From an uncultured Aliarcobacter sp. (GTDB lineage: Bacteria > Campylobacterota > Campylobacteria > Campylobacterales > Arcobacteraceae): a stretch of 64,000 nucleotides of DNA. The DNA is taken from NCBI GenBank assembly GCA_963677435.1, contig OY781945.1:96001-160000 (forward strand). Direction: 5' to 3'. The notes under the pieces were generated by a model that was given only the letters and a program-made list of their open reading frames with translations, was not told the DNA's origin and did not search any database. Of this stretch, positions 53,904-64,000 are shown piece by piece; the stretch's first letter is position 1, and each line of letters starts with the position of its first letter. Made by a program: the position numbers and the translations under genes.

Positions 53904-54683
53904 ATGAATCCAACACTATTTATTTCACATGGCGCTCCAAATATACTTTTAAGCGACCTGAAATCTAAAAAAAATATTAATAATTTAGCTAAAGAATTAG
54001 AAATGCCAAAATATATTATTATATTTTCAGCACATTATTTAACAAAAGATTTAAAGATTATTTCACCTGAAACAAATAAAATAATGTATGATTTTTATGG
54101 TTTTGAAGAAGAATTATATAAAGTAAAATATGAGATAAATAGTGATGAAAAATTAACTTTTGACTTAATTGAAAAATTGAAAAGAAATAATATTGATATC
54201 TCTATAGATGAAAATAGAAAAAGTTATGATCATGGAGTTTGGAATGTATTAGCATTAATGTATGAAAAACTCTCAATTCCAGTACTACAGCTAAGTATTC
54301 CTATTTCATATAATATAGACCAACTTATTAATTTAGGAGTTGCACTTCAACAATTTAAAGATGAAGCTTTGATTATATGTAGTGGTGGAATTACTCATAA
54401 TTTAGGTGATGCCAGAATGCATTTAAATATACAAGATTATGCAACAAAATTTAATGACGATATTATAGATATTATTGAAAATGCAAAAGATGATGAATTA
54501 AGAAACATTCAAAAAAATATAAATTTTTATAAAAATCATCCATCAACAGAGCATTTTCTACCACTATTTATTGCCTATGGTAATGCTATAGATAAAAAAG
54601 GAAAATCTTTCAACAAAGAGATGATTTATTCAAATATCTCTATGGAGAGTTTTATATTTGATGAAAAAGAGCTAATTAGTTAA
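53904..54683 (+). CDS. DODA-type (LigB/YgiD-like) extradiol dioxygenase
   Basis: PTLFISHGAP, SAH, YDFYGF, DHGVW, SGGITHNL, HPSTEHFLPL. Confidence 0.9.
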   Translation: MNPTLFISHGAPNILLSDLKSKKNINNLAKELEMPKYIIIFSAHYLTKDLKIISPETNKIMYDFYGFEEELYKVKYEINSDEKLTFDLIEKLKRNNIDISIDENRKSYDHGVWNVLALMYEKLSIPVLQLSIPISYNIDQLINLGVALQQFKDEALIICSGGITHNLGDARMHLNIQDYATKFNDDIIDIIENAKDDELRNIQKNINFYKNHPSTEHFLPLFIAYGNAIDKKGKSFNKEMIYSNISMESFIFDEKELIS

Positions 54684-54738
54684 AGTTTTCTTTTATGCTA
54701 CAATAGGTGAACAAAAATTAGTTTAGGTCTTATAAATA

Positions 54739-55770
54739 ATGAAAATAAAAGTTCTGTTAAATGGTGTAGGTCGTATTGGTAAAGCTATTTTAAAAATAAT
54801 GCTTGAAAATAAAAATTTTGAAATAGTTGCAATTAATGAAATAAATCCATATCTTGAAAATATAGTTTATTCAATAAACCATGATTCAACATATGGAAAT
54901 ATTTCCGATAAATTCAAAATAATAGAAAACAATTTAATTGAAAATTCTTGCTCAAAAATCAAAATATTAAATCATAAAAATTTAAGTGATATTGATTTAT
55001 CAAATATAGATATTATAATAGATGCAAGTGGAGTTAAAGAGGATATCAATCTTCTAAAAAGTCTCCCTGTACAAGCTATTTTTCTAACACATCCAAGTGC
55101 TAAGTCTGATATAAACATCATTTTAGGTGTAAATGAAGAAAACCTTAATTTAGATATTCATAAAATCATATCAACAAGTTCATGTAATGCAACAGCCCTA
55201 CTTCCTGCACTTAAAATCATAGATGATAAATATGAAATCTTATGTGGTGATATAGTAACCATTCATCCACTTTTAAATCATCAAAGGGTTTTAGATGGTA
55301 ACTTTGTTTCAAGTCAAACAAGAGATGTTGAGTATAACTTTGAATTTGGAAGATCATCTACTCAAAATATAATTCCTAATAAAACAACCACTATAAATGC
55401 TTGTTCTTATGTATTACCAAAAATCAATGCTGAGCTTATTTCATCAAGTTCATTAAGAGTTCCTACCGATACAGTTGGAGTTATAAATGTAACTTTAATG
55501 ATAAAAAAAGAGTGTTCAAAAAATGAAGTTATTAAGATATTTGAGGAATATGAAAAAAATCAGAAATTCCCAATTGTATTAAATAATTATGAACCACTTG
55601 TTTCAAGCGATTTTAAAAAAGAGAATAAAACTACTATTGTAGACCATAGATACACTGATGTTAAAAATAATCATATGATAAAACTTTTGGTTTGGTATGA
55701 CAATGAATGGGGTTATGCTTCAAAGGTTGTGGATATTTTAAACTTTTATAAAAGCATAAAAAAAGGCTAA
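54739..55770 (+). CDS. divergent glyceraldehyde-3-phosphate/erythrose-4-phosphate dehydrogenase family protein
   Basis: NGVGRIG, HDSTYG, catalytic SSCNAT, RVPT, WYDNEWGY. Confidence 0.8.
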   Translation: MKIKVLLNGVGRIGKAILKIMLENKNFEIVAINEINPYLENIVYSINHDSTYGNISDKFKIIENNLIENSCSKIKILNHKNLSDIDLSNIDIIIDASGVKEDINLLKSLPVQAIFLTHPSAKSDINIILGVNEENLNLDIHKIISTSSCNATALLPALKIIDDKYEILCGDIVTIHPLLNHQRVLDGNFVSSQTRDVEYNFEFGRSSTQNIIPNKTTTINACSYVLPKINAELISSSSLRVPTDTVGVINVTLMIKKECSKNEVIKIFEEYEKNQKFPIVLNNYEPLVSSDFKKENKTTIVDHRYTDVKNNHMIKLLVWYDNEWGYASKVVDILNFYKSIKKG

Positions 55771-55793
55771 GTTCAATTGAACTTAGCCTTTTT
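55760..55793. terminator. perfect 34-bp palindrome, candidate bidirectional terminator
   Basis: AAAAAGGCTAAGTTCAATTGAACTTAGCCTTTTT between convergent genes. Confidence 0.75.
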
Positions 55794-55809
55794 ATTTATC
55801 TAAAAAATA

Positions 55810-56805
55810 TTAGATAAATTCAACACCTTTTTCACCATCAGCAATATGACCAATCACATAACCATCTGTGTTTGATAAAACTGACTCAACATTTTCAGAA
55901 CTAACTACAAGAACCATACCAACACCCATATTAAATGTTCTGTACATCTCTTCTAGTTCTACATGTTCAGCCATAAATTGGAAAATTGGTAAAACTCTAA
56001 CATCAGCTCTTTTTACAACTGCTTTTAAATTATCAGGTAAAACTCTTGGTAGGTTTTCTGTAATTCCACCACCAGTAATATGTGCTAAAGCATTGATTTT
56101 ACTTTTATTTGCTTTGAACTCTTTTACATAAATTCTAGTTGGTTCTAATAATACATCTTTAAGTGGTTTCCCTTGGAAATCGTCATCTAAAGACATTCCT
56201 AATTTTTCTAAAAGTAATTTTCTAACAAGTGAAAAACCATTTGAGTGAACACCAGAAGATGGTAACGCAATTAATGTGTCACCTGCTTTAATTTTATCAA
56301 TTCTATTTAATTCATCTTTTTCTGCAATTCCAACACAAAAACCAGCTAAATCAAAATCACCCTCTTTATACATTCCTGGCATTTCAGCAGTTTCACCACC
56401 AACAAGTGCGCACTCAGATCTAATACAACCTTCTGCAATACCCTTTACAACTTGAGTTGCTTCATTTACATCCAGTTTTGCAGTTGCATAATAATCTAGG
56501 AAAAATAATGGTTCTCCAAAGTTACATAATAAATCATTTGAACACATAGCAACTAAGTCAATTCCTACTGTATCAAATTTTTTTGCATCAATTGCAAGTT
56601 TTAGTTTTGTTCCAACTCCATCTGTTCCAGATAGAATTACTGGTTTTTTATAACCTTCTGGTAATTCAAACGCTCCTGCAAAAGAACCTATTCCACCAAG
56701 AACACCTGGAATCATTGTTGATTTTACATAAGGTTTGATATTTTCTACAAACTGATTTCCAGCATCAATATCAACCCCAGCATCTTTGTAACTAACTGTT
56801 GCCAT
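55810..56805 (-). CDS. purM: phosphoribosylformylglycinamidine cyclo-ligase
   Basis: YKDAGVDIDAG, TDGVGTK, GGETAEMP, HSNGFSL, RTFNMGVG. Confidence 0.97.
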   Translation of the reverse strand: MATVSYKDAGVDIDAGNQFVENIKPYVKSTMIPGVLGGIGSFAGAFELPEGYKKPVILSGTDGVGTKLKLAIDAKKFDTVGIDLVAMCSNDLLCNFGEPLFFLDYYATAKLDVNEATQVVKGIAEGCIRSECALVGGETAEMPGMYKEGDFDLAGFCVGIAEKDELNRIDKIKAGDTLIALPSSGVHSNGFSLVRKLLLEKLGMSLDDDFQGKPLKDVLLEPTRIYVKEFKANKSKINALAHITGGGITENLPRVLPDNLKAVVKRADVRVLPIFQFMAEHVELEEMYRTFNMGVGMVLVVSSENVESVLSNTDGYVIGHIADGEKGVEFI

Positions 56806-56903
56806 TATTCACCTTTTTTAATTCTATTTTCTAATTCTACTATTACTTTAAAAATTTTTTGGTATTATAGCAAAATGTTTATAAATATTAAGGACTATAT
56901 ATA

Positions 56904-57452
56904 ATGAAAGATAATAACGCGTTTAATGAAATGATGGTACATTTACCATTGTGTACACACAAAGAAGCTTCAAATGTTCTAATTATTGGAACTGCTGATG
57001 AAGATATGAAAAATCAAGCTGCTAAACATTCAAAAGTTTCAAACATCCAATTTGGAGATGTATCACTACTTACTTCAAAAAATGAAAAAGATATTGATGT
57101 AATAATTCTAACAGATGTGAAAATTGATGAATTGTTATTAGCAAACATTGAAAGAATTCTAAAAGATGATGGTTTAATTGCTTTTGCTTCAAAAGCATTT
57201 TCAAGAGATGAAGAGCAATTATTTGCTGATTTAAAACTAGCTGGAACAAAATTCTGGATTGCTATGCCATTTAAATTTGGTCATAATACTTCAATTATTG
57301 CTTCAAAAAGATATCACCCAACAGCTGATATAAATCTACAAAGAGCTGATTTATTAGATGGATTAGACTACTATTCTGCCGAAATTCAACTAGCTTCTTT
57401 TGTATTTCCAGCAGCGGAACACAGAGCATTAACTGGTATTGCAAAAAGATAA
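56904..57452 (+). CDS. short spermidine synthase-like protein
   Basis: NEMMVHLPLCTH..NVLIIG, ASKRYHP, YYSAEI...FVFP. Confidence 0.7.
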   Translation: MKDNNAFNEMMVHLPLCTHKEASNVLIIGTADEDMKNQAAKHSKVSNIQFGDVSLLTSKNEKDIDVIILTDVKIDELLLANIERILKDDGLIAFASKAFSRDEEQLFADLKLAGTKFWIAMPFKFGHNTSIIASKRYHPTADINLQRADLLDGLDYYSAEIQLASFVFPAAEHRALTGIAKR

Positions 57453-57501
57453 AATCTGCTATTAAATATAAATAAATCATTATTATAGTAAAATTGTTAC
57501 T

Positions 57502-58092
57502 ATGAGTAATGATTTATTTAAAAACGCTATCGCTTTAACAGGCGGAATATCAACAGGAAAAAGCACTGTTTGTAACCTTTTTAAACTTCACGGTTTTTTA
57601 ACAATTGATGCTGACTTAATTGCACATAAATTATTGGATATAAATTCTAATAAAATTGCTTCTATGTTTGGTGAACAATATGTGGAAAATGGAAAAGTTT
57701 TAAGAAAAGAATTAGGGAAAATTATATTTTCAAATGAACAAAATAAATTAAAATTAGAAGCCCTACTTCACCCATTGATTAAAGAAGAAATCATTAAAGA
57801 ATCAAAAATATTTGAAGAGCAAAATAAACCATATTTTGTAGATATTCCACTATTTTTTGAGAAAATGCATTATCCAATATCAAAATCTTTGGTAATTTAT
57901 ACTCCAAAAGAGATACAAATCCAAAGGCTTATGAAAAGAGATAATATTGATGAAGATGAAGCAAAACTAAAAATATCAAATCAGATGGATATTGAAGAAA
58001 AAAGAAAATTAGCTGATATGGTAATTGATAATTCACAGAATTTAAAACATCTTCAAAATGAAGTTGAACGAATCATCGGAGAGATTATATGA
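57502..58092 (+). CDS. coaE: dephospho-CoA kinase
   Basis: LTGGISTGKS, IDAD, LLHPLI, DIPLFFE. Confidence 0.95.
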   Translation: MSNDLFKNAIALTGGISTGKSTVCNLFKLHGFLTIDADLIAHKLLDINSNKIASMFGEQYVENGKVLRKELGKIIFSNEQNKLKLEALLHPLIKEEIIKESKIFEEQNKPYFVDIPLFFEKMHYPISKSLVIYTPKEIQIQRLMKRDNIDEDEAKLKISNQMDIEEKRKLADMVIDNSQNLKHLQNEVERIIGEII

Positions 58093-58829
58093 CATATACA
58101 AAATATAGTGCAAGTGGAAATGACTTTGTAATTTTTCACACTATTTTAGAAAAAGATTATTCAAGTGATGCTATAAAATTATGTAATAGAACAGAAGGAA
58201 TTGGTGCAGATGGATTAGTTGTAATAATCCCATCTTCTCAAGCTGATTTCAAATGGCAATTTTACAATAGTGATGGAAGTAATGCTGCTATGTGTGGAAA
58301 TGCTACAAGAGCAGTTTCACATTATGCCTTTACTAATAATTTAGTGACATCAAATGAAATGCAGTTTTTAACAGATGCTGGACTAATAAAATCACATGTT
58401 GAGAATGATATAGTTGAAACACAATTAACTCAACCAAAAGTTATTAAAGAAGAGTTTGTTGAAGATGGCTTCACTTGGTATTTGATTGACACTGGAGTTC
58501 CTCATTTAGTAACATTTGTAGATGATTTAGAACTATATAACCATGATTTATGTGCAAAAATGAGATACAAATACAATACAAATGTAAATTTTGCAAAAAT
58601 AGAAGATGGTATCATAAAAGTTAGAACCTATGAAAGAGGTGTTGAAGGTGAAACACTTGCTTGTGGAACGGGAATGGCCGCATGTTTTTTAAGAGCAAAT
58701 CAATTAAATCTTGTTAAAGAATCGACATTTGTTTATCCAAAAAGTGGTGAACAATTGACTCTTTCAAGGAAAAATGGCACTATTTATTTCAAAGGTGCTG
58801 TTAAAAAAGTTTTTGTAACAACAATTTAA
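58089..58829 (+). CDS. dapF: diaminopimelate epimerase
   Basis: GNDF, GIGADG, MCGNA, TYERGVEGETLACGTG. Confidence 0.95.
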   Translation: MTYTKYSASGNDFVIFHTILEKDYSSDAIKLCNRTEGIGADGLVVIIPSSQADFKWQFYNSDGSNAAMCGNATRAVSHYAFTNNLVTSNEMQFLTDAGLIKSHVENDIVETQLTQPKVIKEEFVEDGFTWYLIDTGVPHLVTFVDDLELYNHDLCAKMRYKYNTNVNFAKIEDGIIKVRTYERGVEGETLACGTGMAACFLRANQLNLVKESTFVYPKSGEQLTLSRKNGTIYFKGAVKKVFVTTI

Positions 58830-58832
58830 TTC

Positions 58833-59600
58833 ATGTATTTATTAAACTTTTTTATTAACAACTCAAAGAAGATTATGTTAAATCTTTGTCTAATTGCTTC
58901 ATTACAAACATGTGGAATAGGCAAAGGTTTTCCTAAAGAGTATTATGAGATAAAAGATATTAACAAAGCAAAAGAGTATTTCTTTGAGCATTTGTATGGT
59001 CTTATTTTAAATGAAAATTTAAAAATAAAAGAGGAAAAAACATTAGTAAAAAATATTTTAACTTCTAATATTCTAAATATTGATTTTGATTCATCCGCAT
59101 TTTATAAACTTCTAGAAATTAAACAAAAATATAAAATTAAAAATATTTATACCCTACAAGAGTATCAAAAAAAGATTGATATAATTCCTCCTTCTATGGC
59201 TCTAGCACAAGCAGCAGTTGAAAGTGCATGGGGAAGAAGTAGATTTATGCAAGAAGCAAATAATATCTTTGGTCACTGGACCTATAACTCGCAAATAGGA
59301 ATACTTCCAAGAAGAAGAGATTTAGGCGCGACTCATTTTGTTAGAGTTTTTGACTCTTTAAAAGATTCTGTTTCAGCATATATGCTTAATTTAAATAGAA
59401 ATCTGGCCTATAAATCTTTTAGAGATAAACGATCTTTTTTTAAAAAACAAAAAGAAAAATTCGATGGATTAGAACTTTCTCAAACACTTTTAAACTATTC
59501 AGGAATTGCACAAGATTATTTAAAAATATTAAAAGATATAATCTCTCTAAATAATCTTCAAGACTATGATAATAGATTTTATCAACAAATCAATAATTAA
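58833..59600 (+). CDS. glucosaminidase-domain (Bax-like, GH73) protein
   Basis: [34 protein letters not shown]. Confidence 0.85.
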   Translation: MYLLNFFINNSKKIMLNLCLIASLQTCGIGKGFPKEYYEIKDINKAKEYFFEHLYGLILNENLKIKEEKTLVKNILTSNILNIDFDSSAFYKLLEIKQKYKIKNIYTLQEYQKKIDIIPPSMALAQAAVESAWGRSRFMQEANNIFGHWTYNSQIGILPRRRDLGATHFVRVFDSLKDSVSAYMLNLNRNLAYKSFRDKRSFFKKQKEKFDGLELSQTLLNYSGIAQDYLKILKDIISLNNLQDYDNRFYQQINN

Positions 59601-59608
59601 GGACAAAA

Positions 59609-60778
59609 ATGAAATTCCCCGCACCGTTAAAATCTGACTCTATAAAAATTATGCTTCTTGGAAGTGGAGAACTTGGTAAAGAAGTAATAATCGAAGCTCA
59701 AAGATTAGGAATTGAAACAATCGCTGTTGATAGTTATAATAATGCCCCAGCTCAATTAGTTGCAAATAAATCATATACAATCAACATGAAAAATAAAAAT
59801 GAAATTCTTGATGTTATTAGAAGAGAAAAACCTACTTTTATACTTCCAGAAGTTGAAGCTATAAATATTCAAGCACTTTTTGAAGCTGAAAAAGAAGGAT
59901 TTCATGTAATTCCTAATGCAGATGCTGTTAATAAAACTATGAATAGAAAAAATATTAGAGAGTTTGCAGCTGTTGATTTAAAACTACCAACTAGTAAATT
60001 TGAATTTGTTACAACATTTGAAGCATTACAAAAAGCTGCTTCTAATATTGGTTTTCCTTGTGTTATAAAACCTGTTATGAGCTCATCAGGACATGGACAA
60101 AGTGTTGCACGAAGTGAGGCTGATTTAGAAAAGTCTTGGGAAATTGCAAAAGAAGCTAGAGGAGATGCTAGTGAATTAATCGTTGAAGAGTTTATCACTT
60201 TTGATTATGAAATCACTATGCTAACTGTTAGAAATGGTAAAGAGACAGTATTTTGTGAACCAATTGGACATATTCAAAAAGATGGTGATTATATCTTCTC
60301 TTGGCAACCTATGAATATGAGTGATGTTGCTATTGCTAAATCTCAAGAAATCGCTAAAAAAATCACTGATGGTTTAGGTGGAAGAGGAATTTTCGGAGTT
60401 GAACTATTTGTAAAAGGCGATGATGTTTATTTTTCAGAAGTAAGTCCAAGACCTCATGATACGGGAATGGTTACTATGATTACTCAAAGTGCTAGTGAAT
60501 TTGCACTTCATGTAAGAGCTGTTTTAGGTTTACCAATTGATTTTGTAACTTATGGAGCAGGAGCAAGTGCTGCTTATAAAGCAAGTGGTGATAGTTTTAA
60601 TCCAAATATTGACATTTTTGATTCATCATTCACAAAAGATTCAATTATTAGAGTATTTGGTAAGCCACAAAGCCATGTGGGAAGAAGAATGGCAGTTGCA
60701 CTTACTTTTGATAAGGATTCAAGTGACAAAGCTTTACAAAAAGCAAAAGAGATTATAGGAAATTTTGCAGATAATTAA
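59609..60778 (+). CDS. purT: formate-dependent phosphoribosylglycinamide formyltransferase
   Basis: [31 protein letters not shown]. Confidence 0.96.
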   Translation: MKFPAPLKSDSIKIMLLGSGELGKEVIIEAQRLGIETIAVDSYNNAPAQLVANKSYTINMKNKNEILDVIRREKPTFILPEVEAINIQALFEAEKEGFHVIPNADAVNKTMNRKNIREFAAVDLKLPTSKFEFVTTFEALQKAASNIGFPCVIKPVMSSSGHGQSVARSEADLEKSWEIAKEARGDASELIVEEFITFDYEITMLTVRNGKETVFCEPIGHIQKDGDYIFSWQPMNMSDVAIAKSQEIAKKITDGLGGRGIFGVELFVKGDDVYFSEVSPRPHDTGMVTMITQSASEFALHVRAVLGLPIDFVTYGAGASAAYKASGDSFNPNIDIFDSSFTKDSIIRVFGKPQSHVGRRMAVALTFDKDSSDKALQKAKEIIGNFADN

Positions 60779-60785
60779 AATACAG

Positions 60786-60814
60786 AAACTGAACAAACAA
60801 GTTTTGTTCAGTTT
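60786..60814. terminator. hairpin between convergent genes
   Basis: AAACTGAACAAA-caagt-TTTGTTCAGTTT. Confidence 0.7.
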
Positions 60815-61883
60815 ATATTTTTATTGTTAAAGAGTATTGCATTCCTTCATTGTCTATTGGTGTAATATCAATTTTTCCATTTATTGCATATGCTAAATTT
60901 TTTGCTTCTAATATTGTTTTATTATCAACATCTGATAAAAACAGACTATGAATATTTTTTATTTCAAATCCATTATTTTTCACAATAATTTGAATATTTG
61001 ATTTAGATACTAATACATTTACTTCAATTTGTTTTTGTATTTTCCCTTTTTTTAACTCTTTTTTTATTAAATCAATACAAGATTGTTCTATAAAACAAGA
61101 TAAAATATTTTCGAAATAAGCTTTATCTAAATATATAGGTTTACTTAAAGTAGTTTCAACATCATAATCTATAAAAATTTTATATCTTACATTTGCATAG
61201 ACAAAATTATCAGTTCTTCTTTTATGTAATTCTAAAATGTAATTAAGATTATTTAAATTTGTAATTTTCTCATTTTTATGATTTAAATTTAATATTTCAT
61301 ACTCAAATTTTTTTAATTCTTCATATTGTAAAGCATATGAGTCAATAATTTGGAAAATGATTGTACTATTAATTAAATCTTCAACACCTAATTTATTAAT
61401 ATATTTATCAAAGATATCAGTGTTAAACATATCAAGGTAATATTTAAGATTAAAAAGCCTATTCTTTAAATTTAAAAGATTATTTATATCTTTAAAATAC
61501 TTATTTTTTAACTCTTTGGATAATAAACTATTTTTTAAATTCAACTCAATCATTTTAATGAAATTCTCATCATCAAAAATTAAATTTGTTACTTCGACTT
61601 TTTGTGATTCACCACATAATAATAGGACTTCTTTTAATTGGTCTTTTACAATCGTTAACGACTCGTCTAAACATAAACTTATTTCAAAAATTGAAGGTTG
61701 TATATCCTCATGGTTTTCATTAAAAACTTGTCGATTTAATCTTGTTTTTCCACCATTTTCACTAGAAAAAATTTCTGCTATATTAAAAAATTTATTGTAT
61801 TTAACAATTAAAATTTTTAACTCATTTGATATTTTTTCTATATCAAATGCAACCCCTGATATATTTTCATATTTATTATCCAA
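60813..61883 (-). CDS. hypothetical protein with a degenerate HATPase_c-like C-terminus
   Basis: IQIIVKNNGF...AYAINGKIDI...EGMQYSLTI echoes the GHKL fold, but H, N and G boxes are not intact. Confidence 0.6.
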   Translation of the reverse strand: MDNKYENISGVAFDIEKISNELKILIVKYNKFFNIAEIFSSENGGKTRLNRQVFNENHEDIQPSIFEISLCLDESLTIVKDQLKEVLLLCGESQKVEVTNLIFDDENFIKMIELNLKNSLLSKELKNKYFKDINNLLNLKNRLFNLKYYLDMFNTDIFDKYINKLGVEDLINSTIIFQIIDSYALQYEELKKFEYEILNLNHKNEKITNLNNLNYILELHKRRTDNFVYANVRYKIFIDYDVETTLSKPIYLDKAYFENILSCFIEQSCIDLIKKELKKGKIQKQIEVNVLVSKSNIQIIVKNNGFEIKNIHSLFLSDVDNKTILEAKNLAYAINGKIDITPIDNEGMQYSLTIKI

Positions 61884-61892
61884 TTTTATATC

Positions 61893-62933
61893 CTACATAC
61901 AATTTGAATCGGTAGCAGTTACATTATTATCAATAATCTGAAGCCAATTATTTTCATTAGCAACCAGCATTACATCACCTGATTTTTTCTTATATATTGT
62001 ATCAAGTTGCACCCAATCTGATTTCTTTTGTTTTACTGTAAATTGATCATCTAATTTTAAAACTCTTAATATTTTGGCATTTAATTCATTAGAATTTCTA
62101 ACATTTAAATTTGATTTTTTTACTGTATATAAACAACTTGAATTCTCATTATTAGAACTTTTTGCTACAGGTATTTTTGAGTCTTCTTTAGTAGAAACTT
62201 GGGAAAAAGCTTTTTTTACAGAAGTTTCTTCTTTAATCATTGCTTTTATTTCTTCTTTTTTAGGAGTTTTTTCACTATCATTTTTTTCTTCAACCTTTGG
62301 AATTTTCTTTAAATCACTTACTGAAATTCCATAATTACTTAAATAAATAGTATAACCATACTCTTCATCAAGTTTTTTATATAACTCAACACTTTTTGTT
62401 CTTGTATTAATGCTTACTATTTTATGCTCTAAAATTGAATCTCCAACAATATATCTTCCTTCTATATTAGCGCTTAATTCGTTACTTAGAGTTTTTTTAG
62501 CAGTTACTGCTTCATCTTCAAGTTTTAATACAACATAATCTTTTCCATTAAAAGAGTACATACTTTTAATTTTTAAATCTTTTAATTTTTTTGTTCTTGT
62601 AAAATCTGTTGTAAGTCTTGCCATATCATTTTGGTGAGTAAATACATATTTTTCATAATCTTCTTGGGAAAGTTTTGGTTCTTCTTTTACAATTGTTTGT
62701 ACTTGTGGATTACTTGGATTAATCGTGTTTGTATCTTTTTTATTTTTTATCGCACTTACTTGTTCTTCTAAATAATCTTTTTGTAGTCCTGTAATTGCAT
62801 TAAAAAACTCTTTTGATTGTTTATCTAAAACATCTAACTTATCAGCATTTTGCATCTGAGTCTGAATTGATTCTTCTGCATGTAAATTAAGTGCCATAAA
62901 AAATAGAAATGTAACTAATTTTATTTTTTTCAT
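61893..62933 (-). CDS. exported protein with a C-terminal SH3b-like domain
   Basis: Signal peptide; LNVRNS..LNAKILRVLK...WVQL. Confidence 0.7.
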   Translation of the reverse strand: MKKIKLVTFLFFMALNLHAEESIQTQMQNADKLDVLDKQSKEFFNAITGLQKDYLEEQVSAIKNKKDTNTINPSNPQVQTIVKEEPKLSQEDYEKYVFTHQNDMARLTTDFTRTKKLKDLKIKSMYSFNGKDYVVLKLEDEAVTAKKTLSNELSANIEGRYIVGDSILEHKIVSINTRTKSVELYKKLDEEYGYTIYLSNYGISVSDLKKIPKVEEKNDSEKTPKKEEIKAMIKEETSVKKAFSQVSTKEDSKIPVAKSSNNENSSCLYTVKKSNLNVRNSNELNAKILRVLKLDDQFTVKQKKSDWVQLDTIYKKKSGDVMLVANENNWLQIIDNNVTATDSNCM

Positions 62934-62951
62934 CTTTTCCCTTTTAAACTT

Positions 62952-64000
62952 TTATTTAAATATAAATTCATAATTAAATCCACCAATATATGTAGGATAT
63001 TTTATAAAGAATGGCCCTTTACTATCACTAGTCGTCCAATCACCTGATGTCATATTTGTAAGAAGATTATCTCCCCCTTCTGCAACTAAATAATCTTTAT
63101 TTATATCATATAAATTCGTATTAAATACAGGTATCATAAATGTATTACCAGTGGCATATCCAGATCTATAAAAAGATTGCATCCCCCAACAATACATTTG
63201 ATTATAAATATCAATTCCACACATTCCATTATCATCTTCAATAACTTTTATTTTTTTCCATTTAATTTTTGCTATTGAACTTTTAAATATTGTATCTGAA
63301 CGATTTTCACTAGTAAAATAATCTCCCTTTAATTCATTCTTTGAATTTATCCATACTATTCCATCCGAAGTAAAATCTACCCAAATTAATTCACTATCAT
63401 CCGCTTGCACATATTGAGAAGTATAACTTTTGATTTTTTCATTTACAGATTCTACAAGAGGCAAAGAACCCCATGGTTGACTTACTTTATAATATTTACC
63501 ATCTTCACCTTTTGCAACAAAAGCATTTAGTCCACCTTGAATTGATGTAAAAGAGATTGATGCTGATATTTTTAAAGGACTACATAGATTTACAGTTTTA
63601 TTACTTATTTTTTGAGAACAGTTATAATTTGAGTAAGTATCTAATCCCCAAATATAAATATCTCCACTATTAGATAATGCAGCTGTTTTTCTATAACCAA
63701 TTGTTAATAAATATGTAATATCTTTAAATAAAACTTTTGTATTATTTTCTGTTACTACTAATTCAGTTGGATTATTATAATTATTATAATAATTACTTCC
63801 ACCTCCTGAAAAGCCTGCATAATCATATCCCCATCGGTAAATTTTACCATCTTTATAATCACCATTTGCATCTATACTTGTATTGCCAAGCATTAACCAA
63901 ATTTGATTATTAGCAAATATTTTTGTTGCTTTTCTATCTGTAGTTCCATCAAAATAATTACTTCTATAAAACATTTCAGGTGGATTTCTTACATTGTCTG
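62952..64000 (-). CDS. RCC1-like beta-propeller repeat protein (runs off the window end)
   Basis: Repeats GKIYRWG, SGDIYIWG, NQMYCWG; the frame stays open to the window edge. Confidence 0.7.
   Translation of the reverse strand, partial: DNVRNPPEMFYRSNYFDGTTDRKATKIFANNQIWLMLGNTSIDANGDYKDGKIYRWGYDYAGFSGGGSNYYNNYNNPTELVVTENNTKVLFKDITYLLTIGYRKTAALSNSGDIYIWGLDTYSNYNCSQKISNKTVNLCSPLKISASISFTSIQGGLNAFVAKGEDGKYYKVSQPWGSLPLVESVNEKIKSYTSQYVQADDSELIWVDFTSDGIVWINSKNELKGDYFTSENRSDTIFKSSIAKIKWKKIKVIEDDNGMCGIDIYNQMYCWGMQSFYRSGYATGNTFMIPVFNTNLYDINKDYLVAEGGDNLLTNMTSGDWTTSDSKGPFFIKYPTYIGGFNYEFIFK

Overview
This is a very AT-rich bacterial chromosome segment. Gene content and order point to Campylobacterota, most likely Arcobacteraceae (ilvE-SPFH, ispDF-HP1021/Cj1608-like regulator-pgpA, hisZ-purA-DUF507-carA, a short SpeE-like gene before coaE-dapF). 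Most of the window is housekeeping, transport and regulation: mlaE (partial), a YbhGFSR-type ABC exporter, luxS, metH, znuA-like, ribA, ilvE, hisIE, mrp, thiC, ispDF, carA, purA, hisZ, purM, coaE, dapF and purT. The best candidate for a new system is a translationally coupled four-gene minus-strand operon at 6613-9881. It encodes an ABC/AAA ATPase and an HNH endonuclease (Septu/PtuAB-like) with a complete MNT-HEPN (MntA/HepT-type) toxin-antitoxin pair nested between them, and no reverse transcriptase. Other notable structure: (1) a 664-bp direct repeat duplicating yceI, with a duplicated promoter/operator and a scar of a deleted marR; (2) three GCAAC-N3-GTTGC operator-like palindromes linking znuA and ribA; (3) an extra domain inserted in the His-loop of ZnuA; (4) a ~145-nt G-U-rich palindromic element after metH; (5) a permease that probably starts at ATT, in frame with the upstream stop codon. 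I recognised no rRNA, tRNA, CRISPR array or transposase. All calls come from motif recognition by eye; no database searches were run.
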